DNA of 64,000 nucleotides, taken from Rhodosorus marinus CCMP1338. Taxonomy: Eukaryota; Plantae; Rhodophyta. Positions within the stretch are counted from its first letter, which is position 1; the number at the start of each line of letters is the position of its first letter. The position numbers and the translations under genes are program-made. This document shows, piece by piece, positions 32,630-44,649 of this stretch. A model generated the notes under the pieces. It was given only the letters and a program-made list of their open reading frames with translations. It was not told where the DNA came from and did not search any database. The DNA lies in assembly GCA_029953675.1 (NCBI GenBank), contig JAMWBK010000008.1:1178001-1242000 (forward strand). The letters run 5' to 3'.

Positions 32630-33791
32630 TTACACTCTTTGAGTTCTATTGGAGTCCTGAAGTATGTCCTCATTTAATCTCCGAGCCTCGGCGGCTAGAC
32701 GGCGCTTGTTACCACTGTAGGTCACAACTGCGACGGGCTCGTCAGTGTCGTCAAAGGCTACTTCCGGTTCTCCTCTGGGGTCTGACACAATGTAGTGCGA
32801 ATTTTCGTCAGAGCTTTTTGAAGTTGGGAAGATGAGACTACTCGAGCCACCACCAGTTGCACTGATGAGGAATTCTTCGCTTTCGAGTTGCTCTGGATTC
32901 GACTGAGAACGATACCAAGAGGCCAATGTTAGCGAAGTCTCCGCCGGGTTCCGAAATGCAGTCGATTCGCGATTTGTTGAAGTGCCACCTCACCGGGATT
33001 GAACCGGGTTCACCAAGGCCTTTACGAGCTGAAACTGAAAACTTGTGATAAGCAGTCTCGAGAGTAGCTATGTCGTTGTAGTTGTCCTTGTGCTCGTCCG
33101 TTTCCACTATTCGAAGAATTCGGCGCTAGGGCGTGAGCTGGTTTCATGTTCGGACTCGAGAGGAGAAGCTTAAAGGTTAACATGGTACACGAAAGACAAT
33201 AGCAGCAAGTACCATAGATTGTTCTTCGTAGCTCCAGCCCTGTCTCCCGAGCTGGAACGGGAAGAAGAGACAGAAAAATGGATAGCGTTCGCAGGAAGCT
33301 CATTGCCCCTGATTCGGCCTTGGAGCTATCCCAGTTGTCTATGGTTGGAAGTTTAAATTGGAACTTGAATCCCTCGACCACCGAATCTAATCAGATACTA
33401 CAACAAGATTAGATGCGCTGCGTTTGATTAGTGGGTGCCCGGAAGACCCCAGCTGGTCACCGTTGTCCACTACTCCTGAGTTTTCACTTGAGTTGTCTCC
33501 TTCCTCTGGGTGGATATTAAAGACAATCGTCTGAAGCGTTCCGGTCTCAATTGACGGAAACACAACTTTGTTGAGCCAGCGGACGATTCTCACGCTGTCA
33601 ATGAAATATTCGTCGACTTCCGCCTCATTTTCCTTCAGCAAGTAAAGCTTAGTGCCGGCGAAACGCTTTTGCTCGAAACAATCTTCCGGGAACAGGTTCC
33701 TTCGCTTGCTGATCATAGAGGCGCTAGCGAAGAGTATATTTCTTATAAGAGCAGCAGATTGCTCCTCACCCAAATTTGAATCTGAATTCAT
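32630..33791 (-). CDS. HOP1: Meiotic HORMA-domain protein (HOP1/ASY1-like), 4 exons
   Basis: SAALIRNIL...RRNLFPEDCFEQK, WLNKVV..IETGTLQTIVFNI, VEGFKFQF, RTLSIFLSLLP and LETAYHKFSV fit the HORMA pattern. Three GT-AG introns (the last with a gctaac branch site) join it to an acidic/basic tail ending at 32630. Confidence 0.78.
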
Positions 33792-34169
33792 ACCGACTGA
33801 GTAACCTCACTGGTGTAAATCCAAACACTTCACAGCGGACGATCTCCTCTGCTCCACTCAGTAGGATTTGACTCATTCATTAGGTTTGTTCGAAACATCA
33901 AGCGGCTGATGATTTCGCCATTTTCGTTTTTTGAGAGATTTCGTAGTTCTAGCGGCCCCTGGCCAATGGTACTTTGACCCATCTTTTGGCGATTACTTTT
34001 CGCTGGCCGCGATCGCCTTTTGCCACAGACATATCCATGCACTGCCATGGGGAGCAGAATTCACCCTATCAATCCGAGAGACTAAACCTCTTCTAATCCG
34101 GAGCGGGTTTTGGATGTCCGATCTTCGGAGGATCATAAATATCGGTGGCCGTCCTCGCGAGCACCTGAA

Positions 34170-35614
34170 GGGCTGATCTTTTAGGAGGTGGTGAGGGACG
34201 ATTTTTCGCAGCTAGCTGTTGGCGGAAGCGCCGACACCCTCTGCTACTATTTGCGCTGGGCTTTTCGCGAGATGCTGGGAAGAGGTTTTCGCCTGAAAAA
34301 AGTTTGTTGATGATGACTGTGAGAGATATTCCTCTTGGATTCGTCCCGAGCGTGTCCTTTAGACTTAGGGAGAGTTGGTGGCCAAGCACTGTCGAGGGGG
34401 CTATTCCGAGTTGGCGACCGGCTCCATTCCATGTTTCTTGCAGGCCAGTCAGCGGGGTCATGCAGGCTGGAGAGGGGAAGTGGTTTACAGATCCCGAGTT
34501 ATTCCCAGGAACGTCGGAGGTTACTGATGACGAGTACGAGGCACCGGAGGAGGTTTTAGTTTTGCAGATAGATGGAGTGGAGAGTCTGAAGGCGTTGAGC
34601 AACGATATTTCGGAATGGTGGGCCAGCTGGATGAGTGTCCTCGCCATTTTTTTGTACCCATCTTGTCTGTGTTTCTAGGAATATTTGAAAAGCTGAATTT
34701 ATTCTCACGCGGAATCAGGCTTCGTCTGGTTATCTTCTCTGGAGTCATGTTTCCGGCTGACCCCGCTGTAGTGATTGATGAAGGGGAGCAGGTGATCCTA
34801 CGGTATTTTTCGAACGTTGAGAAACAAATTCCGCTTTCCCAGTTGCTGGTGAGAGCAGTTCGAGCAGAAGATCTCATATCAAGAAGCCCAACCACACACC
34901 TCCAAGTTTACCGCCAGCGAACAAAATACCCTGAGGACTTGATCCATGAGCTGCCTATTTCTGGATGGAGAAGTGTTCTACGGAAGCTCATCTCCCACCT
35001 GAAAGTAAGACGCGAATCCGTCTCCGGACATTCGATGAAATCGATTGGAGGGGGCAAGGGTTCGACTCCCTCTCCAAGCTCACAAAAGTTTTTGGTTATC
35101 TCTGAAGGAGACGAGAGGCGGGCAGAACGTTTTGGTGTTGTACCGAGCTCAGTATCTACGCCTGGGCAGAGTTAGGGCAGAGAGGAGCTCCCGTCGTGAA
35201 TCCGGAGGAAGTAAGCGCATGTTCGTTGCTAGAGTCCCTGGATCTCAGGAGCAGACTGCTCATATCCTGGCACAGGACTTGCTCGATTGGGGTATGTAGC
35301 GCATTTGTGCTGAGCTGGATGGGCTTGATGCGTCTTCGAATATCCACTAACGCAATTCTGCGTTATTGCGGGCCTTTGCAGGAATGGGTTTACAGTTTTC
35401 CTCAGAGGGATCATGGCTATCTCTTAGACCTTTGCCGCCATTTTCGGTCTTCCCAACGGACAAGGGTTTAGAGATCCTTTTCCATCCCGGGAGCGATATG
35501 CGATCAAAGCTTAGACTTGAAGTCGAAGTGGAGTCAGCCGGCGCTGACGTTCTCATCCTTACCTCTTCATCCAAGCCTAGGCACTACAGTCCACGTCAGA
35601 TCAGCGAGAGGTGA
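34170..35614 (+). CDS. Hypothetical multi-exon protein (start unresolved)
   Basis: Consecutive long frames (34170-34678, 34615-35175, 35045-35299, 35366-35614) can be joined by plausible splice sites such as GTAAGA at about 35005 and GTATGT at about 35293...TTTGCAG. No family was recognised. Confidence 0.55.
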
Positions 35615-35867
35615 GCGAACATATAGTAGCTGCTAACTGGCAACGCCTTTCTGCAGTGTACACAAACTGCACTGTTAGCTAACTCGAAAGAGTTGCCTCC
35701 TTCGCCGTCCTCCAGGCTCCAGAGGCATCTTAAGGATAGATATCCCCTTGCATGCTTCGAATTCCCTCAAAGTGGACGAGGACGTCCAGGGCGTGACTAG
35801 ATGACATAACAACGTAATGCAGCTGAGCTGACAAGTGCCAAGGAAGCGTTAGTCTTTAACGGCGTGT

Positions 35868-36482
35868 TTAATAACCCGATAGCTTAGCAAGCGAAAAGGA
35901 ATCTACAATAGATCGAATTTGTGTTTCCTGTGCGGCGAAGTTTTCAGCATTAGACTGAGCTGTTAGGGTGACTATGTATTGTCCAGGACGTATTGTAAAA
36001 AGCGTTATTAAGTGTTTTTCCGGTTGATTCGGCGGCTTGATCTGGTAATCGAATATGTACGTGTCAGGTTTTGCTGTGACCTTATTCATCTTGCCCGTTA
36101 CTTCCTTCGGGAGGATTGTACTCGCAACATTGTCCACAGATCCAAACGACGTAAGCTTTTGGAAGTCACCCGGAATCGGCGTCGCGATTGCCGATACATT
36201 AACATCATCCTTCACGTAGAGGTAGAGCTTGCGTCCGCCACTTAAAACAGTGTTGTTTTCCTTGAAGGAGTCAGGAACAGTGAACTCATATCCAACAGTT
36301 TCGTCCGTTACCGTCTGTGCATACGTTGCTTTGGGCATTAGCAACACGGCAGGTGTCAGTGCGAGCGATCGAAGGAGCTCCCTTCTCGACAACGAACATT
36401 TAGTACTCGTCCCTCTTTCGAACGCTGGTTGCCCAGTCGCTGTCAGGCCCCTACAGCACGTGGTAACCACGAAGGCAGACAT
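35868..36482 (-). CDS. PsbP-domain thylakoid lumen protein (PPD-like)
   Basis: MSAFV transit peptide, Tat signal SRRELL + hydrophobic stretch + A-Y-A, then GYEFTVP, NVS...TP...DF.KLTSFG, Y.FDY and LY.LTAQ-type PsbP motifs. Confidence 0.9.
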   Translation of the reverse strand: MSAFVVTTCCRGLTATGQPAFERGTSTKCSLSRRELLRSLALTPAVLLMPKATYAQTVTDETVGYEFTVPDSFKENNTVLSGGRKLYLYVKDDVNVSAIATPIPGDFQKLTSFGSVDNVASTILPKEVTGKMNKVTAKPDTYIFDYQIKPPNQPEKHLITLFTIRPGQYIVTLTAQSNAENFAAQETQIRSIVDSFSLAKLSGY

Positions 36483-37889
36483 CGACACTAATTCGAACAC
36501 AAGAAAAATCCAATGTTTGTACTCGTCAACTTGTGCTTCCCAGCCTCAGCGACAAACCTGGAGCTGCATACGCTGGGACCGATGACCTCGGCGGTGTGTA
36601 TTGGAAAATTGTAACAATGCACCTCAGCGAGATTTTGCCTGTAAGCACTAGTACACTGGATAGTACAATTTCCTTACCATTGCCGAGTATGGTTTTTACA
36701 GCAAAATATATGATAGAAACATCCCATCGAAGCAAGAAAGAAACTAGCAACTACAGACCAATCAAACCCGGTTCTTATTCGAATTTCATATTGCCAAAAT
36801 ATTTACAAAGCAAATATTTGGCTCAGAGGCAGGCAACTGAGCCCTCAACTCGGGTTTGTGTGGGCTGGTTTCGGGAGCGTGTTCAAGTTACCTGGGCCTA
36901 GCACTCGCATAGATCAGTAAAATTTGCAGGCTTTTCCAGTTGAGTTTACAAGCGCTCAGTTGTCAGAAACTACGGAGATAGTCCCGGGAATGGGCCCTTA
37001 ATCATGCGAGCATGAAAGACGCGGGTTTCCTTTACTCCTGATACCCGTTGTTCGGTTTACTGGAAAAAGGATGATCCCGTCGGGTGTGTGGCAAGCGGCA
37101 GAGAGCCCGCTTTTGAAGGCGCGCATCGCTACGCCCATGAGACAATACAAGTTTCATTACACTCGAACGCATGGCTTGGTGCGGAGAAGGGGCCCGCCTA
37201 ATCGGAACAAAGCAGCATTGTATCATTATCGCAGATTGGACCCCGCTTTTTTGGGACAATTGCTCGTCCTTGGGTTAAACTTGTTTTCCGTTAAACCATA
37301 CTCCTCGTCTCGCGCACAGTGTATTTATTGGAATCTGTGTTTGCAATACGGTTTCTAGGGAGTCATTAGAATTTCGAATTTTATTTAAGGATACTGACAG
37401 GATTCTAGCCGAGCGAACCACGTTTTCTTTTTCTTTTTCCCAAGTTCGTGTAGTTTCGACAAGGTTCTCTCCAATACAACGTTCTTCTTTAGAATAGGTC
37501 CATTCAGTGCCTTGAAAGACTGCCCACAGAGGACCTCTTTTTCTTCTAGTGAATATTTTCTCACGAGGATTTGCGTTTTCTTGTCCAACAATTGTTAATT
37601 GATTGAAACCTTGATTCTTTTTTTGAGTTGGATTTGCGTCCGATAAGAAAACGTCCAATACCGTCCGATATAAGCTTACTAGACAGTACGCGTAATTGGT
37701 TTTTCTTCAGTTCGGGTCCGATATAAATTGATTGGACCTGATTTTGAAAGAAAAATCGCCGTTCATCCGACAACGGTAAGATAACGACCGATTGCCGTCC
37801 GATATTTCTCAATCAACGACTGCTTTTTATTGATTGGGTTTCAATCTTCCCGTTCGGGGACGTTGTGTCCGGGCTGGTCGTTTGCTCGC

Positions 37890-38220
37890 TTTCGAACAAC
37901 TTACCCAGCAGCTTACTGGGGCACTATACCGTCTTCCTCTTCCTCTTCCTCTTCATCTTCTTCTGCATATATACCCTGAGCGCTCGGAATGCCTTGATTC
38001 AGGCTTGCCGGAATCTGATCATTCGGGAAGAGCATTAGATTTTGCAATCCGAAACAGATAATCATAATTCAATACATGACGGTGTTGAATTCTAGCTGTG
38101 GCCTTGAATAGTGATCATTTCCGGGTGTGACAGACTGTCATTCTCGATTTAATGGTTTTTCTATATGCATGATGAATCATGGTAACCGTCGACTAGCGAC
38201 ATATGGACTTGGTATAATAT
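37890..38220 (-). mobile_element. Possible C-terminal relic of a PIF/Harbinger-type transposase
   Basis: Broken traces LVDGY, NSTPSCIE and IICFGLQNL followed by an acidic tail (EEDEEEEEEED). This is weak evidence. Confidence 0.2.
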
Positions 38221-39243
38221 CCTGAAGTCCGAGAAGTGATACAGGATGTAGACTAGAGAACGGAGAAAAACAAGGAGAGATTTGCACTTCAGGAACTAAA
38301 GTTGAAATTCTTGAGACGGGTGAGTTCTGAAGTGGATTGTATCTATTGCGTACTGGTGTGAGCTTCGAAGTCGAATCGCATAGAACGGTTAGCGTGAAGG
38401 AGTTTCATGAAAGCGGAATTGTTCGAGTCGAACCCTCTTTCTCCGGCGATTTTGGAACGTGAAGTTTTATCAGACATTGCCCGTAGGCTTCCAATAGGCT
38501 TGTACACTTGGGCACTTGGGTTGTATTTCTTCGACCTTAGGTTTGAAAAAAAAGAGAAAAAGGGTCAAATCACCGCGCTTTACCTCAGACGGTGACACTT
38601 GTGCCCAGTAGCAATCATGATTCAATACCTGGACTGAAGATGATTGATTACTAGAGTAGCGTTGATTGAATAGCGGACGTTTTAACGGAGTATCAATGGG
38701 ACACGTGTGCTCGAAGCGTTTTAACACTCCTTAAGCTTCCTCATTTATTCAAAAGAGCATTAGCCAAAAAAATTATTTGGACGGTTTATAACTATGTACC
38801 CTATTCTCCTGGATTGCTTTTTGCTTTCGGACTTAATTGTCCTGAGTGGTTCGGAGCAGAAACATGCCTCAATTCTACGATTTTGCTTGATTCCCCCATT
38901 TTCGCGTCGGCAAGGGGGCTCCGAAAGCGTACAAATTCGCGAAAGGGATATTCTTAGAGCCTGGTGCGTGTGACATGTCCCATTTGGTTGTGGATGCTCG
39001 AGGCATGTAAGGTGCTGGCGTCGTTTTGGAGCGGTAGGACAACACATTGTTTCCACAAGGAATTGTCTGGAAGGGGCTGAAAGAAGTGAAAGGGAATGGA
39101 TAGCTACTTGTAGTCTTGACAGAGACTCTAATAGCATGTTATATGCAGGTTGGAAAGCGGGAGCGTGAACGTTGAAAAGGTTTTGCGATAGTGCTTTGCG
39201 AAGGAAGGTTGGCTTAGGTTTAGGAGTTGTTCTATTTGTGGTA

Positions 39244-40475
39244 ATGATGGCTGCTGATTTCGGGATGAAAATGGAAAATCGACGACACAGTAGACTGAGG
39301 TGCACGAATTGGGCCTCAATGTGGACTATGCTGGTTCTTTCCTAACCATGGGCCGCTTGTGTTAGCACTTTTCGATATAGGGGTCTCTTCTATTTTTTTG
39401 CGCTCGGGCTCATGGTGGCAACGCTAATGATCCTGCAACTGCCGAAGGGGACTGACTTGGGATCCGAGTCCAGCATGTCTACCATTGAAAGTACAATCAC
39501 AGAAGCCTATCCATACGCTCCTCAGAGCGACACGGGGACAGCTACTGAACCCCAATATGAAGACGCGGAGAAAGAAGAAAGTGAGTTTTTTCAGGAGGTC
39601 AAGAGGCTTTGCCTTCTCTTTTGCTTCGCTCGATATCACGTTTCCTCACCGTGAGCAATCGAACGTTTGTTCTGCGAACAGAGGTCGCCACATTGGAAGA
39701 GTTGCAAGATGAGGTTGATGAGCTTTTTGAAACCGTGGATGAGAGCGCGGAGGATAGGTCTGAATCGGAAAAGTCCTTGGCGAAACTGATGGCAGAAGGA
39801 GATGAGGTTCCGGACTACAAAAATTCTCCGGACGAAGCTGGAGACGGGGATGAAATTCCTCTAACAGAGCGTTTCAAGGCGGCGACGCTTCTGTACGATT
39901 CAATGCATGAGAAGAGCGAGTTGTCTTTGGATTCGATAATGAGATTGCAAGCGCTAGAACTGCAATCTATTCTCGGTGATTGCGGCACGCAGAGTGTAAG
40001 AAACCTCCCACACTTAATATTGAGGCTATTCTCCGTAGTTAAACCGTGACGCATGCTGGCCTCTTATTTTTGGGGGGGACGTCGCTTGTAACTTATTAGG
40101 ATTCTGGGGAACTCTTTAAATCGGAAATGGAACAGCGAGCAGAGCAGATAAACGTTGAGGAAAACAAGGACCTGGAGACCCTCTGGTGCTCCCTCCGAGG
40201 TAACCAAAAACGCGATGCAATGCGAGCGTAAGTTGTACCCAATTGTCGCATACGCCTATGTTTCTTGAAATCCTCAAGCGACTGAACGCCAGTTGTATGA
40301 CTATCCGATCGCCCTGGTGCTTAGGTATATTAAACGCGTGCAAGCTCTGAACGCTCCTCATGAGGAGCTGCAGAACATCATGCAAATGCAACATGAATAC
40401 GAGGAGTATCTTGGGCAGAAACAGCAAGAGGAGATTGCGGTACCGGAGGCCACTGTTCAAGTTGTCAGCGGATGA
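39244..40475 (+). CDS. Membrane-anchored acyl-CoA-binding-protein (ACBP)-like protein, 4 exons
   Basis: N-terminal basic stretch plus TM (GLFYFFALGLMVATLMILQL) after intron 39300-39380 (cctaac branch site), an acidic linker, and a divergent ACB domain LTERFKAA...LQALELQSILGDC...WCSLRGNQKRDAMRAYIKRV. Confidence 0.75.
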
Positions 40476-41718
40476 GCTGGAGGATCTTCGTTAGTGGAAG
40501 GCGTGTGAAGCGGGCTGAAAGCCATGCTACGTGCCCTTGTTTTTAGTCACCCCAGACTTGTTCGTGAAGGTTCAGGGCTCAGTGAGAGCGGCGGTACGTT
40601 GTGCTGGGGAGTAAGGCGGGCTGGATCGGCGGAGAATGGCACATGTTCTGATTGTCGGACGATGCTATTGTATTCAGGATGTTGCGGGTGTTAAAAGTTG
40701 TTGAATTCCTCAAGCACGGGGTAGTCTTGGGGTGAAACCTGACGGTGCCGCAGCAAGCCCGCGAACGTGACGAACGCTTTAAGTTAAAACATGGACATAA
40801 TTGTACAAATACTTGAGCGATTGCCAACAACATGCGTCTTATTCACAAAAAGCCGTCAAGCTTCCGCTCAGGAACCATTGTCGACTCGTCCGCTACCCTT
40901 GAATATGCGGCGCCCCAGACTAACGAGCAAACCAGGAGCGGCTTGCAAGCGTCCGGGCACGGTCAGTGGAGTACCAGCCTCATTTAGTGGAGCGTAGATC
41001 GAACACCAGAACTACGCTATTTAGACTTCACACATTCTAGAAAATCGGTTAGAGACGATTTGGACTAGTGCCTCAGACGAAGGAGAGCTAACGCAATTCC
41101 TGGCGTCCTGTTGAACGATGCAGACCGCTGTACTTGAGAACCTGGTTTCGTCCACCTTCCTCAAGGTTGCTCTTCGAAATCCCACGCTGTGAGCGGGCTC
41201 TAATCAACCGCGAGGGCTTTGGATTTGGTCATGCCCTCCTACGAACTGTTGCACGTTCATTGTGAACGGTCGATGAGAATTCTGGATTTCCAATGGGTAA
41301 TACCGTCCCTCAAGTCCAATTCGCAAAGAACAGGAATCAGGTGGAAACTCCCTTTTGTCCTGCTTGTTTGCCGCGCAAAGAAAGGAGTTCTTGTTCGAGG
41401 CAGTCATGTGGGATAGACGCGCTACTAATCCGCTAGTCGTGGACGTTGGGGTGGAGAGTCAGAGCAAAAGCCGTTTACTGCAAGGGTGGCTAGGATCTCT
41501 GAGAAGGTTTATGCCGATCGCTTCTGGATGTTGGCTGCTGGGTTCCGGAAGTAATATGATTGCTTGAGGCTTCGATCCGGAACTGTGTTTTTTTTCCTAG
41601 GCATAGGCGCTCTAGATTGAACCATGTTAGACCGTTTCTTCTCCTAGCTCTTTGTATAGATCATTCGTCAGGGCTGTTCTGGAGCAAGAATCTGGCAGTT
41701 TCTCTTGGTGTACAGAGT

Positions 41719-43002
41719 ATGGAAGTCACGGCAATCTCGAGCATTGAACAAATCTTAGCCTGGATCGGGCTCGTGCTCGTGATATCTCAGATTACGAAGG
41801 TGGTGCAGAGAGTTTCATCAGCCAGGGATGGACGGACTATCGTGGGACAGGAATTCACTCATCCAGATACCAACGGGCATCCTCTGGCAACGTCGTCAGT
41901 GTTTCAGCCGCCCAGTTTAGAGATTTCAGTGGTCATCCCCGTACAACAGGGCACGGGAAAGCTCCGTCTGCAAGGATTGCTTAATGAGGCCACGGAATCG
42001 TTGAAGATGAACGTCAGCAACCAGTTGTGGGAAATTGTTCTTGTTGGCCCGCCGGGTGAGGAACTCACGGTCGTTGGGAAGAGCTTCCTCCAAATGCTCG
42101 GCTATGAGCATATCCGACTTCTCATCCTGCCGAGCCAAAGCTCGGATGCGTCTGGTTTCGGGGGGATCTTGCGTAGAGGTGTCCTCGTTTCGAGAGGAAA
42201 ATTCATTCTAACATGCGATACTTCTGGATCAGTCAGGTTTTCTGACTTTGTCGAACTTGAGAGGACTAGGGTTGCGTTTTCCACCAAGGTAAGAGAAATT
42301 CCTTTACCTTGCTTCGAACGCGAAGAGCCCGACCGCGTCGATACGTTACAGAATTACTTTGTCTGAACGTATACTGAGCACTCGCCTCATCTCCTTGCAA
42401 ATCTTAACTTCCGCTTGCTTATCTTTCTGGACCTTAACCTGGTAGCGGGGGGCCCTTGTGCTTGGGTCTAGATGGCAGAAGAACAGAAACTGGTATTCCG
42501 GTGTAGTTTCGAAGCTCGTTGGAGCGCCACACCTTCCGGACCCGACCAGCCCTTATCGCTGGTTTACCAACGAGGCTGCTGCATTGCTGTTTTCAGCGAT
42601 GGAATCTAGAAGGTAAAGTCAGACGCAGGACTTAGTCTGCCGTTTTCAGTACAGCAGCAAATGTTTCGCTCACAGCTGCTTTCCCGATTGACCTCTGTCT
42701 GCTGAACCAGATCCGATGGAACGGATGAGATCCTCATTCTTTCCAAATTTGCGGAAATCCCAGTCCTATCGTGTCCAATCCGCTGGACTCCGATACCAGA
42801 GGGCACCGACTTGCTGGGCGCTATACGTTGCGTTGTTGGGACATTATCGACAAGGCTCTTATACTCTAGCGGGTATTATGCTGTGTCTTTTCCTACTCGA
42901 GGAGGGAAAGTAGAGGATGCTTTTGGACACGTAGAGCAAAATGCTCTATCCCGACGCAATGCCGACGAAATTGGACTGCAGCGTTACCATAGTAGTTCAT
43001 GA
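41719..43002 (+). CDS. ALG5 (dolichyl-phosphate beta-glucosyltransferase)-like GT2 protein with degenerate catalytic motifs, 3 exons
   Basis: N-terminal TM, PSLEISVVIP, WEIVLV, RRGVLVSRGKFILTCD, LGSR, AA.LLF, IP....I.W and R..Y..G follow the ALG5 layout. The phase at the first acceptor was not fully resolved. Confidence 0.75.
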
Positions 43003-43502
43003 AACTGGAGCATTTCATGCGCTCTTCCAAGACCTTCGGCCTTCAAGCTCTAAGAACGCATTCGAGTTGTTGATGTGAGCGCAGGAACCCGCGAGATATC
43101 GTCCGCCGGCTGGACGAGCGCTCACTGTTTTTAGAGAATGGATGGAGCCACTTTAAGTGCTGCTCGACGATATTGTAAGAATGAGAGCATCATATTCAGT
43201 CAAATAAACAGCTTTGCCTGCCGTTCGTCGACGAGTCCAGGTTTAGGAAACTAACCCGTCAATATAAACTAGGAAGATCTATTGTCCAATTCTTGCAGAA
43301 CGCGTAAAAATACAGATGTCCTTTGTTCATTGTCTAAGGAAGAGAAAGTCTTTGGGCATTTCAAAGGCTGCCACAAAACCTTAGTCGTCTTCGACTGCCT
43401 ATTGTTCCTATTCGCAACGTTCATAGGGAGGATGGATGAATTCCAGCCGTCCCTCACAAATAAATTCATTGTCCGCCAAGTCAATGTGATTTCGCGCCGG
43501 TG

Positions 43503-44388
43503 TCAGCACACAATTGCGGTACCGGCTGCATCGCGCCTGGAAGGAATCTTGAGGGGAGCTGAGCAAACCTCCTCCAGTCGCTCTTGATTAAAGAATGCTA
43601 CCAACGGGTTCAAATGGTTAACCGCAACTTCCATAAACGCTTGCATGCCGACTCGAACTACGTCTTCGTTCGCACCGAGTTCTTCAAAGAAGCTTTGTCG
43701 CGTTGGAACGCATAGAAGACCTGCGTCAAACATCCTCTGGAGTACCCAATTGTGACAAGGTTTGAGGGTATCCCTGTAGGCTTGAAGCGCACATTCGTTC
43801 AATGGTGTCTGGGACTCCTGGGTGGCAATGTTGTGCAGGAGAAGTAGTATGAACTGTAAAGTTCTGCGTAGAGTCGTAAAGGGTGAAAGACACATACGTG
43901 TTCAGATTAACGAACGGTCCCTAGAGAATAACATACTTGGAAGGTAACAGAATACCTCTTAAGCCACAAGAGTGCTTCAGTGCCTGATGTTGAATTCATA
44001 TAGACCTGGTCACGTACTTCTGCTTCGACCATTTCCCTTACAGTCTCCACGGAATACTTTCGAGCTGACGCTTGGATTTTCTAAACAACAATGAAGCATC
44101 CAGAAACAAAGCTTCAGCGGAACCAACCATCTGCATCCTTTCGCGGAGAAGCCATACATTACGGGTAGTCCCACATCGCCTTACCTCCAAGTTTTGCTTC
44201 ATGTCTGACTTCACCATGTCAGTAAAAAACGCGGAGCCTAGAGCTTTGAAAACAACGAGAAAGTCGATTACCGCATCTACAAAGCACGGAATTCGCAGGC
44301 TTCCATCCTTCATTGTTACAGTACTCCATTTCTCCGCAACCTCATGGAAAACCGTCCTGCTTCCCATGACCATGAGTTCCTCGCTCAT
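43503..44388 (-). CDS. Glycolipid transfer protein (GLTP/ACD11/HET-C2 family), multi-exon
   Basis: F..LGSAF..VKSDM..N, LRRTLQFI, AY..TLKPCHNWV.Q..F...L..VPTR..F..L. Confidence 0.85.
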
Positions 44389-44649
44389 TTCCTGCTTCGT
44401 CCAACCAGTTACGTTTTTGAACCCAGTACGAAATGGGCTCTCCTCCGTTCCGTGACACCCTAAAGGATTTAGGCAACCCACCAGAGCACTCCCTGTCCAG
44501 TAAAAAAGTCGGACGAACCTTGACTTCGATGTCAACCCCGCTGCTAAGTGATCCCCGCCCCACAAAGCTTACACACCATCTGTACAAATTTTACTTCTTT
44601 CCTCGAATTTTTTAACTAGCCTGTGTTCCTTTATGGCCGTTCCTACTGC

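Noticed and set aside
34093-34647. 184-aa minus-strand ORF
   Set aside because: It is Ser-rich antisense of the plus-strand hypothetical gene.
38760-39305. 181-aa minus-strand ORF
   Set aside because: It starts at GTG, overlaps the start of the ACBP-like gene and has no motifs. It cannot be supported without expression data.
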